Below the pieces are notes generated by a model that was given only the letters and a program-made list of their open reading frames with translations, was not told the origin of the DNA and did not search any database. This document shows, piece by piece, positions 41,849 to 49,984 of a DNA stretch of 64,000 bases. Each line of letters begins with the position of its first letter. The first letter of the stretch is position 1. This DNA is from Myxococcales bacterium (GTDB lineage: Bacteria; Myxococcota; Myxococcia; Myxococcales; Myxococcaceae), in the NCBI GenBank assembly GCA_043755105.1, contig JAYUUC010000375.1:53611-117610 (forward strand), in the 5' to 3' direction. The translations under genes and the position numbers were made by a program.

Positions 41849-42206
41849 AGACGTCCTCGGGGATGGCTTCGGTTGGGCGCCAATCGGGCCTGTTCTCTTG
41901 CCTCAGGAGCTTGAGAAAGACCTTCATGGCCTGTCTCTGCTCGCTTGCCTTGCGCTTGTACATCTTCTGGACGAGGTCGATCGAACAGCTACGCCTCTGA
42001 GGGTCCGTGAGACCCACTCTAAGCACCCACCGGCACGTCCACTCCTCTTTGCTGACGTAGATACGGAAGAGCTTGTGGTCGGAGTAGATTTTCCCGGATA
42101 CAAAATCGGTGAGGAATTGAAATGGGTCATGCTTGACCATTCCCTCCGGTCCGTACTTCGGCTGAGAGATGACGTTGCCGTACTTGTCGCAGGGAACCCA
42201 GCCCAT
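41838..42206 (-). CDS. hypothetical protein
   Basis: 122-aa ORF. ATG is preceded by GGAGGG. It ends ...RPDWRPTEAIPEDVYAL. Confidence 0.55.
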   Translation of the reverse strand: MGWVPCDKYGNVISQPKYGPEGMVKHDPFQFLTDFVSGKIYSDHKLFRIYVSKEEWTCRWVLRVGLTDPQRRSCSIDLVQKMYKRKASEQRQAMKVFLKLLRQENRPDWRPTEAIPEDVYAL

Positions 42207-42228
42207 CGTCCCTCCAGAGTGAGCCCAT

Positions 42229-42258
42229 AGCCTACTCGAACTACAACCTCTAAGTCAA
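42229..42258 (-). promoter_or_regulatory. promoter candidate TTGACT-N18-TAGGCT
   Basis: On the minus strand, TTGACT is plus 42258-42253 and TAGGCT is plus 42234-42229, with an 18-nt spacer. It lies about 23 nt upstream of the ATG at 42206. Confidence 0.45.
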
Positions 42259-42321
42259 CCTATTGCCTTCCAGGGATAATCTAAGGACTACTTTCCCTGC
42301 CGAAGCAAGAGGTTGTGCCCC

Positions 42322-45300
42322 ATGGAACTCCCCAGCCAAAGCAACGCGACGGGCATGCTCATCGACGGCATCGCCTGCTCGGAGGCCATCGACACCTCCG
42401 GCGAGGTGCTCGACGTGGCTGGCTCGGACATCTCCGACGTCGAAGCTGGGCTCGCCACCCTGAACTGGGAGCATCGGGACGACGAATCCCAGGGTGCCTC
42501 CGCGCTCGACCACGTGGGCAAGATCATCTACGTGAAGAAGATCTTCAAGTCGGCCGACTGCGAGAACGACCGCCAGCGCTACTTCTGGGACCAGGTGGAG
42601 CTGCCCTTCATCTACATCATCGGTCGCCTCTTCGACGGGGCTGGTCACGCGGGCGCTCTGGCCCTGGCCGCCATCATGCGCGACCAGATCAACAACGGGG
42701 AGAAGCTCTTCTGCCGGTTCTCGGTCGAGGGCAGCACCCTGAAGCGCGACGGCAACCGGCTCAAGACCACCATCTTCCGTCGCTGCGCCGTCACCGTGAA
42801 GCCAGCCAACCGCTCGGCGAACACGGGCGTCTTGGCCGACCCACGCCCACCCCCGGGTGTCACTGCGGCCAAGCTGAAGGACCTGCCTACCGATGAGGAG
42901 ATCGAGAAGTCTCTCATCATCGACCCGATGTACCGGCACCTGGGCTCGTTCGAGATGGAGTACGACCCCATTCTCAAGGCCGAGGACATGGGCGGTTACA
43001 ATGCCCCTCCGAGCACCCTGACGAACGGAGCGGCCCTCATGCGTGAGGACCGGGCCCTGCGCCAGCGCTGGACTGCCATGGCCAAGGCGGCCTACCGGGA
43101 CCGCCCCAAGGACGGCACCCCCTTCCAGCGCTTCCTGAAGTTCCGGATGCCGGACGCGGACCCCAGCTTCATCGACGCCTTCGCAGCCATGGCCGACGAC
43201 TACCACCTCCACAAGGGCGAGATGAACGACACCCAGGTGGAGACCGCGGTCCTGGACTACCCGGAGTCTCTGGGCAAGGCCGAGAACGTGGCGCTCGAGG
43301 AGCCTCAGGTCTCGCCGAAGGTGCCTGGCAAGGAGAAGGAGGTCCCGAAGAAGGAAATCATGAAGATGCTGCCCGAGCACGCCGCCAAGTTCAAGCGCGT
43401 GGTCGGCTCATCGGGCCGCCTGGTGAAGAAGAAGGCCGACTCCTACTTCGATGAGAACACGGGCGTGCTCCACACCCACGTGGGCTCGTTCCCCATGCAC
43501 ATCCCGAAGGACCAGGGCTACCTGGACATCCTCAACGCCCCGGAGACCAGCGAGCCCCACGACGCGGCTGTCAAGAACTGGATCCACCTCAACAACGCCC
43601 TGAAGGCTGGCAAGCTGCCGCCCGAGGTGGCCATGCACGCGGCCCTGTTCTCAGGCATGTCCCCTTCGGCCCCGGTGCCCCTCCAGGAGATGGCGTACTC
43701 GCACCTCCAGGACATGATGGGCAACGGCCTCGACCCCACCAAGTCGGGCGCCACCTCGGATGCTCTGCGGGAAGAGTTCATCAACCGCACGGGCCCAGGC
43801 GGCCCCCTGCCGGAGTACATGAAGGAGTTCTGGGCTGGTCCGGGCGGCGCTGCCACTCGCACCCAGAAGGGCAGCGGGAAGCAGCGAGGCATCCTCTACC
43901 CCGGCCAGAAGTGGTACGCGGTCGAGAACTACAACCGCTTGCACCCCTACCTCAACCAGCTGATCGACCAGCACCGGGGCGACGTCCGCTCGATCACCGA
44001 GGACCTGCTCCAGAACAAGGGCGCGGCCCAGCTCCACGACGCCAAGGCCAAGCGCGACGCGGCCAAGGGCATCGTGACTCCCGACTACGAGACGACCACC
44101 GGGAAGTCGGCGGTGAAGGGCTACGCCCCGAAGACGGTGCGCTACCTCTTGGGCATGCTGGGGGGCGGCAACGTCCACGTCCCCGACACCCACTTCATCC
44201 GCCACACCTTCGGCCTCCCCACGGACGGCGAGATCAAGGACCAGACCGAGAAGCACCTGGGGCGCAAGCTCCGGGAAGGCCCCAAGACCCAGGAGGTCGG
44301 CTTCACCCCCAACGAGCACCTCAAGGACATCCTGTGGGACGATTCGGTCGCGGGCCACATCGGCTCGCAGATGGATCGCTACTACGCCCAGCACCACCCG
44401 GTGGTGAAGCACGTCGCTGAGCGACACGGGCTCGACCCGCAAGACGCCCTGTTCCCGGCCTTCTGGAAGCACTGGCTGTCCATTGCTCCGGATGAGCGGC
44501 GCCGGGGTATCTACAACGAGAACAACCAGGAGGGCACCGACCACCGTGTCTACTGGAACATGGTCAACAAGATCATGCAGAAGTACGGGCTGCCCAACAA
44601 CGGGCTCATCAAGGCCGACCCGGAGAAGCCCGAGGTCAAGCCCCCGTTCGAAGAGGCCGATTCGCGATTCGCGGACATGCCCCCGCACATCCGCTCGGCA
44701 ATGGCGATGAACACCATCCACCAGCTCTTCGGGCCAACGGGCGCCCAGTTCCACTACTACCACTCGATCGTGCCTCTGCTCATGCAGGTGGCCCGGAAGC
44801 GCGAGCTGTACGAGGAACCCGAGGCCGAGGTGGCCAAGTTCGAGTCGATGCTGGTCGACATGCGCAAGGCTGCCAACGAAGCCACGGAGGAGCTGAAGAA
44901 GCCCCTCGAGGTGGTCTTCCAGGGCAAGCGCATCCAGCCTGGCAAGGGTGAGTTCGGCGTGAAGCCCCCGAGCTACCCGGACTTCAACTTCAGCATCCTG
45001 GGCAAGGACCACCGGCACTACTTCGTGGTCCACCCGAGCAGGCTCCCCAACTTCAAGGCCAAGGACATCGCCAAGATCCCGCGTGACCGGGAGAACTTCA
45101 CCTACCAGGTCAACGACCACCCGAAGGACCTGGACGCCAAGGCCATCGTGGACTCGGCCGTCCATGGTCTGCCGGACCTCAATACCTCGAAGGAGCAGCA
45201 CGACCTGGTGCATGGCCTGCTCCTGAACAACAACCCCATCAATGCTCCGGCCGGGGCGATGACCCAGGACTTCCTGGGGGTGAAGAACTCCGAGTGGCGG

Positions 45301-46155
45301 AAGAACGCCCAGGGTAAGCCGGTCTTTGTCAAGGCAGGCACGCCTGGAGAGGCCGCTCACCTGGGGGCCGAGTCGGACTCGCAGCAGGTGCGCAACGAGA
45401 TCGCCTACCACAACCTCGCTCGAGACTTCTTCGGCATGGGGATGTTCGTCCCGACCACGGCTGGCTTCGTCCACCCCCAGACCCAGCGCCTGCACGCGGT
45501 GGTCGAGGGCATCCCAGGTGCCATCCACGCCCACACCGAGGACCACCCGGGCGGCTTCTACCCCAAGGTCCTGAAGGCCCTGCACCAGACCGGCCTGCTT
45601 CACCAGGCCGCCTTTATGAACGCCATCTTGGGCAACTCGGACCGCCACCAGGGCAACTTCATGCTCACGAAGGCTCCGGCCGACGGGAAGGCTCCGCTCC
45701 AGCTGATCGACCACGGCTTGTCGTTCATCGACCCGCGGGACCACTACAACATGCCGGTCTACCTCCACGACCACCTGATGCACACCAACATGGAGGACCA
45801 GCCGGTCGACCGAGTCGGCCGGATGAACGCGGCCACCAAGAAGGTGGAGTACCGGGAGGAGCGCGGCCCGCACCAGTTCAAGAACATCGACCGGATTCGC
45901 CCGGAAGCCTCCCGGTGGCTGATGTCGTTGAACCCGAAGGAGCTGGCGTCCCAGATGAAGCTGATGGGGATGAAGCGTGATAAGATCGCGAGGACAGTCG
46001 AGAATTTGAAGTTCTTCCAGTCCCAGGCCCAGGCTTTTGGGCCCACCTACTCGGTCAACGACGCTTTCCTCCAAGGGCCCGGCAACAGCACCAACGACCC
46101 GAAGAAGCTCCAGGAAGAAGCCGCTCGCCAGCACCACGAAGGCCACGAGGCCTAA
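42322..46155 (+). CDS. 1277-aa multidomain head-module protein: N-terminal prohead-protease-like domain, central HhH-GPD-like segment, C-terminal atypical (PI3K/PI4K- or HipA-like) kinase module
   Basis: ATG at 42322 has AAGAGG 9 nt upstream; the track start at 42313 is TTG. The N-terminus ...ACSEAIDTSGEVLDVAGSDIS...LNWEHRDDES...HVGKIIYV...FCRFSVEGST resembles HK97-type (U35/S78) prohead proteases. GYAPKTVRYLLGMLGGGNVHVPDTHFIRHTFGL resembles the HhH-GPD motif (weak). The C-terminus has VFVKAG, RNEIAYHNLA, LGNSDRHQGNFML (DRH at 45640-45648) and LIDHGLSF. Confidence 0.8.
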   Translation: MELPSQSNATGMLIDGIACSEAIDTSGEVLDVAGSDISDVEAGLATLNWEHRDDESQGASALDHVGKIIYVKKIFKSADCENDRQRYFWDQVELPFIYIIGRLFDGAGHAGALALAAIMRDQINNGEKLFCRFSVEGSTLKRDGNRLKTTIFRRCAVTVKPANRSANTGVLADPRPPPGVTAAKLKDLPTDEEIEKSLIIDPMYRHLGSFEMEYDPILKAEDMGGYNAPPSTLTNGAALMREDRALRQRWTAMAKAAYRDRPKDGTPFQRFLKFRMPDADPSFIDAFAAMADDYHLHKGEMNDTQVETAVLDYPESLGKAENVALEEPQVSPKVPGKEKEVPKKEIMKMLPEHAAKFKRVVGSSGRLVKKKADSYFDENTGVLHTHVGSFPMHIPKDQGYLDILNAPETSEPHDAAVKNWIHLNNALKAGKLPPEVAMHAALFSGMSPSAPVPLQEMAYSHLQDMMGNGLDPTKSGATSDALREEFINRTGPGGPLPEYMKEFWAGPGGAATRTQKGSGKQRGILYPGQKWYAVENYNRLHPYLNQLIDQHRGDVRSITEDLLQNKGAAQLHDAKAKRDAAKGIVTPDYETTTGKSAVKGYAPKTVRYLLGMLGGGNVHVPDTHFIRHTFGLPTDGEIKDQTEKHLGRKLREGPKTQEVGFTPNEHLKDILWDDSVAGHIGSQMDRYYAQHHPVVKHVAERHGLDPQDALFPAFWKHWLSIAPDERRRGIYNENNQEGTDHRVYWNMVNKIMQKYGLPNNGLIKADPEKPEVKPPFEEADSRFADMPPHIRSAMAMNTIHQLFGPTGAQFHYYHSIVPLLMQVARKRELYEEPEAEVAKFESMLVDMRKAANEATEELKKPLEVVFQGKRIQPGKGEFGVKPPSYPDFNFSILGKDHRHYFVVHPSRLPNFKAKDIAKIPRDRENFTYQVNDHPKDLDAKAIVDSAVHGLPDLNTSKEQHDLVHGLLLNNNPINAPAGAMTQDFLGVKNSEWRKNAQGKPVFVKAGTPGEAAHLGAESDSQQVRNEIAYHNLARDFFGMGMFVPTTAGFVHPQTQRLHAVVEGIPGAIHAHTEDHPGGFYPKVLKALHQTGLLHQAAFMNAILGNSDRHQGNFMLTKAPADGKAPLQLIDHGLSFIDPRDHYNMPVYLHDHLMHTNMEDQPVDRVGRMNAATKKVEYREERGPHQFKNIDRIRPEASRWLMSLNPKELASQMKLMGMKRDKIARTVENLKFFQSQAQAFGPTYSVNDAFLQGPGNSTNDPKKLQEEAARQHHEGHEA

Positions 46156-46158
46156 CCC

Positions 46159-47622
46159 ATGAATGAGCCTTCCATCTACTCGGTCTTCAACATCCACCTC
46201 CGTCCCGACGGGTCGACCTACCGTCAGGAGGCAGGGACCTACTACATCTTCGATGGCAACCTCGAGGTTGTTCACGACCCCTTTGGGTTGCTGAACAAGG
46301 TCTTGGGGTCGAACGGGCCCATCACCCATCGGAAGGTCAAAGCTCTCCAGCGGTTGGAGAATTCGTCCTACTACGATGTGGTCAAAGAGGGGCCCAACGG
46401 CGACATCATGAACGGCGACCGGCCGGACCTCATCCCAGAGCTGGAACTGAATGACCCCAACGGGGGCCAGGTGGAGAAGGTCACGCCCCAAGCCAAGCCC
46501 CCGGCCGTCTGGGAGTACCTGCGCTCGGGCCTGTCCACGCCCCAGATACTGGAGGTCTACAACGACAAGGGCGTGCTGAACGGCCTGCCTCTCTCGACGG
46601 AAGAGCTGGCCCAGATCCGCAACAACGTCAAGGAGGGCATTGCCACGCTGCGTTATCCCGAGCGGCCCGAGCTGGTGGTGAAGTCGATGGAGGACCCCTA
46701 CTACGAGCGCCTCTTCAAGAATGAGGAGGACAAGTACTCGGTGTCCCAGAGCGACGTCGCCGACGCCCAGCGTTCAGCCGGGCACTTCGCCAAGCTCCAA
46801 CAGCTGGTGCAGCAGGGCATGCTCGACCCGGAGACCCTCCAGCACATGCGGACGCTGGCCTACGGCGACACGGTGACGGGTTTGGGAAACAAGCTCGCCT
46901 ACAAGCACTTCCTGGCCAACAAGAAGCCGGGCGGGGTCCACGTGATGCTGGACGCCAATGACTTCAAGCCCATCAACGAAGAGCTGGGCCACGATCAGGG
47001 AGACAAGGCCATCGCAGCCATGGGCGGCGCGATCAAGCAAGCCCTGGACGACACCCACCAGTCGATGCCAGTTGAGAACGATTCGTCCGCAGGCAAGGCG
47101 CACCGATTTGGCGGGGATGAGTTCCACGTCCATCTGCCCACGACGGACCATGCCTCGCTCTTCTCGAGGAAGCTGGCCCAGCGGTTGGAGCAGATCCCGG
47201 CCCTGGGAGGCACCCACCACATCGGGATGTCACTCGGGATTGGCCAGGACCCGCGGACGGCCGACGAAGCGCTTGATCGGGCGAAGAAAACCCTGAAGCA
47301 GCCCGAGCTAGAGCAGCTGGCTGGCCGGAAGCTGGGCAACGGCGAGCGCCCGTTTGACCCCGTGACCGGCAGGGCCATCCGGGCGCAAGGGAAGGTGTAC
47401 GCCTACTCCCTCCACCCTAGTGCGCCAGGACCCGTACCTCAACCGGGACACGCGGTTCCTCCTGGAGCGATTCCTCCCCCGATGTCTGCGCGAGAGACGG
47501 CCCCGAGGCCGAACATCCTGCCTCCACCGATGCCGGTTGCTCCGGCGGGCGCCACACCGGGACAGCCCAAGGCTCCGGCTCCTTCGGGGGCCACGGCTGC
47601 ACCGAAACCGACTGCGGGGTGA
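46159..47622 (+). CDS. GGDEF-domain protein (diguanylate cyclase-like) with an unknown N-terminal domain of about 200 aa
   Basis: VTGLGNKLAYKHFL..., HVMLDANDFKPINEELGHDQGDKAI and AHRFGGDEFHVHLP (GGDEF at 47110-47124). I see no RxxD I-site at the usual position 5 residues before GGDEF. The start is 4 nt after the preceding stop. Pro-rich C-terminal tail. Confidence 0.8.
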   Translation: MNEPSIYSVFNIHLRPDGSTYRQEAGTYYIFDGNLEVVHDPFGLLNKVLGSNGPITHRKVKALQRLENSSYYDVVKEGPNGDIMNGDRPDLIPELELNDPNGGQVEKVTPQAKPPAVWEYLRSGLSTPQILEVYNDKGVLNGLPLSTEELAQIRNNVKEGIATLRYPERPELVVKSMEDPYYERLFKNEEDKYSVSQSDVADAQRSAGHFAKLQQLVQQGMLDPETLQHMRTLAYGDTVTGLGNKLAYKHFLANKKPGGVHVMLDANDFKPINEELGHDQGDKAIAAMGGAIKQALDDTHQSMPVENDSSAGKAHRFGGDEFHVHLPTTDHASLFSRKLAQRLEQIPALGGTHHIGMSLGIGQDPRTADEALDRAKKTLKQPELEQLAGRKLGNGERPFDPVTGRAIRAQGKVYAYSLHPSAPGPVPQPGHAVPPGAIPPPMSARETAPRPNILPPPMPVAPAGATPGQPKAPAPSGATAAPKPTAG

Positions 47623-48193
47623 ACGCCTGGAGGTAGGCGATAGCCTTCTCCAGGGTAGGGACACTCTCTCGAGCGTGACCCAGTAAGACGTTGCAGTGCA
47701 TGCACAACAACATCCTCAATGCGCCGGTTGCGTGGTCATGATCGACTACCAACCGGCGTTCTCCTTGTGGTTGGCAGCAGATGGGGCAGCAGCCTCCTTG
47801 TAGCTCGTACTGCTTCTGGTACAGCTCGGGGGTCAAGCCCCACTTCTTCAGGTGCTGGGCCCAGGCCTTCTCGCCGGGCTGGCGCTGCTTTCGTTTCCGC
47901 TTGACGTTGGTGTTGATGTCCTCGCACTCGATGCACCCCGAGCGCTTGGAGCGGAAGTCCAGCAGGATCGGCTTGACCACCTCGCACTGAGCACACTGCT
48001 TGAGCCCGGCCTTTCGAAGGCAACGGGTGCAGTTTTCCTCGGTTACCTGGCGCCCAGGCCACTTACAGGTCGGGCAGTACCAGCGGTAGTGGTGCATCGC
48101 ATCTTCCATCGCTTCTCTGGTTCGGTCGCGCATGTCCTGAAAATTACCGTCGCAGTCTGACGGAAATGGCTCGCACTTGAACACCAAGTTCAA
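47417..48193 (-). CDS. endonuclease VII-type (T4 gp49-like, HNH-related) nuclease with an N-terminal Cys-rich region
   Basis: CPICCQPQGERRLVVDHDHATGALRMLLCMHCNVLLG matches the Endonuclease_7 signature (C.iC...l.vDHdH.tG.vRglLC..CN..lG). The 3' 206 nt overlap the convergent GGDEF gene. Confidence 0.8.
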   Translation of the reverse strand: MNLVFKCEPFPSDCDGNFQDMRDRTREAMEDAMHHYRWYCPTCKWPGRQVTEENCTRCLRKAGLKQCAQCEVVKPILLDFRSKRSGCIECEDINTNVKRKRKQRQPGEKAWAQHLKKWGLTPELYQKQYELQGGCCPICCQPQGERRLVVDHDHATGALRMLLCMHCNVLLGHARESVPTLEKAIAYLQAFTPQSVSVQPWPPKEPEPWAVPVWRPPEQPASVEAGCSASGPSLAQTSGEESLQEEPRVPVEVRVLAH

Positions 48194-48244
48194 TCCTCAT
48201 TCTTGCCGAGGGAGCTGGTTCCCTCAAACCTTTTGGAGAAGTCC

Positions 48245-48715
48245 ATGACTGCTCAGTCTTCCGTTCGCGCCCGCATCCTGCTCGAGTCCATCGCCGACGA
48301 GGCGCTGCGCAAGTTCCCCACCCTCGCGCAGACCCCCGGCTTCAGCGCGGTGGCTGGCATCGAGGGCTCGCCCACGCTGCTCCTGGGCACGGGCGCCACC
48401 GACACCGACTCGGTCTTCATCCGCATCGCCCCCTCCGTCCAGGCGTGGGCCAAGGACGTGCTGGGCAACGCGGCCCAGGTGTACGGGCCGCTCGTCGCGG
48501 CTGTCGTGACCGAGACCGCGTCGACCGCGCTCGTGGGTGGCAGCTCGCCCGTGCGTGACTGGGTGCAGTCGTACCTGGCCGCGTCGGGCCTCGAGGTCGT
48601 CCATTACAACACGGCCCACGCCACGGGCCCGAGCGAGGCAGGCATCACGGGCACGCCGGTCTCGGACACGGTGCTCGACACCAAGTGGCCGGGCATGCCG
48701 GGCAACCAGCAGTAA
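48245..48715 (+). CDS. hypothetical protein (head-module position)
   Basis: ATG at 48245 (MTAQSSVRARILLES...) inside track ORF 48203..48715. Confidence 0.55.
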   Translation: MTAQSSVRARILLESIADEALRKFPTLAQTPGFSAVAGIEGSPTLLLGTGATDTDSVFIRIAPSVQAWAKDVLGNAAQVYGPLVAAVVTETASTALVGGSSPVRDWVQSYLAASGLEVVHYNTAHATGPSEAGITGTPVSDTVLDTKWPGMPGNQQ

Positions 48716-48741
48716 CGGGCGGTCGAAAGGAGACTACGACC

Positions 48742-49929
48742 ATGCCTACCATGAACGGCCTTCCGCCGGACCACATGCTGAAGAAGGCCATCGCCGAGAC
48801 CGAAGACGCGATGGCGAAGATGTGGGCAGAACTCAAGCTCCGCAAGGACGTCGCGCCCGAGGGTTCGCCCGAGGGTACGCCGCCTGCTGAGGAAACGCCC
48901 GGCGAGGGCTCTCCCGGTGACCCGTCCGGCCCGACGGCAGACCCTTCCGCTGGCTCGAGCGACCCTGCCTCGGCTGGTGGTCCCCCGGCCCCCGCGGCTG
49001 GTGGCGACGGTGCCCCTGGCCCCGATGGCGCTTCCGCTGGCGGTGACCCCGCTGCGGCGGGTGCCCCGACGGACCCGCAGGCGCTGATGGACGAGTACTC
49101 CAAGCTCTCTCCCGAGGACCTCCAGGTCCACCTGACGGCGGCCATGCAGGTTGCCCAGCAGATGGGCATCCAGGTCCCCGGCGCGGGCGACGCTTCGGCT
49201 CCTCCGGCCGGTGACCCGGCTGCGGGTGGCCCGAGCGCTGGCGCTGACCCCTCGATGGGCGCCCCCCCGGGCCCGTCCGCTGGTCCCTCGGCCGCTCCTC
49301 CGGGCCCGTCTGCTCCCCCGGCTGGTCCGAGTGCGCAGCCTGACCCGAATGCGCCCCCGATGATGGGCAAGGCGGCCAACGATCGCATGGCCGCGGTGGC
49401 TCCTTCGAAGGCTGGCGGCGCTGGTTCCAACCGCCTGGCCCCGATCGCGCCGACCAAGGCTGGCGGCGCTGGCCAGAACCGGCTCACCCCGGTGATGCCG
49501 ACCCGCAAGCAGGAGAACGCGCTGCCCCTGGGCAACACGCCCGGCCCGATGTCCGGCCCGGCCAACGGCCAGAACCCGCTCGAGCAGGTGAAGAAGTCCC
49601 TCGAGGCCGAGATCGAGAAGCTGAAGAAGTCGGCGGTCGAGAAGGACCTCGCCCACCAGACGCTGCTCAAGACGACCACGAGCCTGATGTCCACGCTGAC
49701 CGGCAAGCTCAAGCCCGGCACGCCCCTGCGCAAGTCCATCACGGGTTCGTCCCAGGTGACTGCGCCGGTCCGCGCCCCGGCGCCCACCAACATGTCCCGC
49801 GCCCAGATCCTGGAGACCCTCCAGGCCAAGACGCGCGAGGGCAAGCTGAGCAAGTCGCAGCAGGCCAAGGTGATCTCCTTCACCATGGGCAACATCGACG
49901 CCTCCGAGATCTCCGACCTTCTGAAGTAA
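48742..49929 (+). CDS. putative scaffolding protein
   Basis: ATG at 48742 is preceded by AAAGGAGA. It has a long P/A/G/S low-complexity centre and a helical, charged C-terminus (LEQVKKSLEAEIEKLKKSAVEKDL...). It lies directly upstream of the major capsid gene. Function is inferred from position and composition. Confidence 0.5.
   Translation: MPTMNGLPPDHMLKKAIAETEDAMAKMWAELKLRKDVAPEGSPEGTPPAEETPGEGSPGDPSGPTADPSAGSSDPASAGGPPAPAAGGDGAPGPDGASAGGDPAAAGAPTDPQALMDEYSKLSPEDLQVHLTAAMQVAQQMGIQVPGAGDASAPPAGDPAAGGPSAGADPSMGAPPGPSAGPSAAPPGPSAPPAGPSAQPDPNAPPMMGKAANDRMAAVAPSKAGGAGSNRLAPIAPTKAGGAGQNRLTPVMPTRKQENALPLGNTPGPMSGPANGQNPLEQVKKSLEAEIEKLKKSAVEKDLAHQTLLKTTTSLMSTLTGKLKPGTPLRKSITGSSQVTAPVRAPAPTNMSRAQILETLQAKTREGKLSKSQQAKVISFTMGNIDASEISDLLK
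49399..49494 (+). repeat. 2 x 48-nt in-frame tandem repeat within the scaffold-like gene
   Basis: Unit 1 (49399-49446) encodes APSKAGGAGSNRLAPI. Unit 2 (49447-49494) encodes APTKAGGAGQNRLTPV. The core AAGGCTGGCGGCGCTGG is identical in both. Confidence 0.7.
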
Positions 49930-49984
49930 CCGAAGCACAACCCCCTTTGGGCCCATAAGCCCCCAAAAACCTGAGGTAAATCAC

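Noticed and set aside
43651-46491. 946-aa - strand ORF, with the similar 57758..60139 (793 aa), 4490..6613, 1276..2685, 21658..23403 and 48604..49956
   Set aside because: All are antisense or alternate-frame shadows of well-supported genes in GC-rich sequence.
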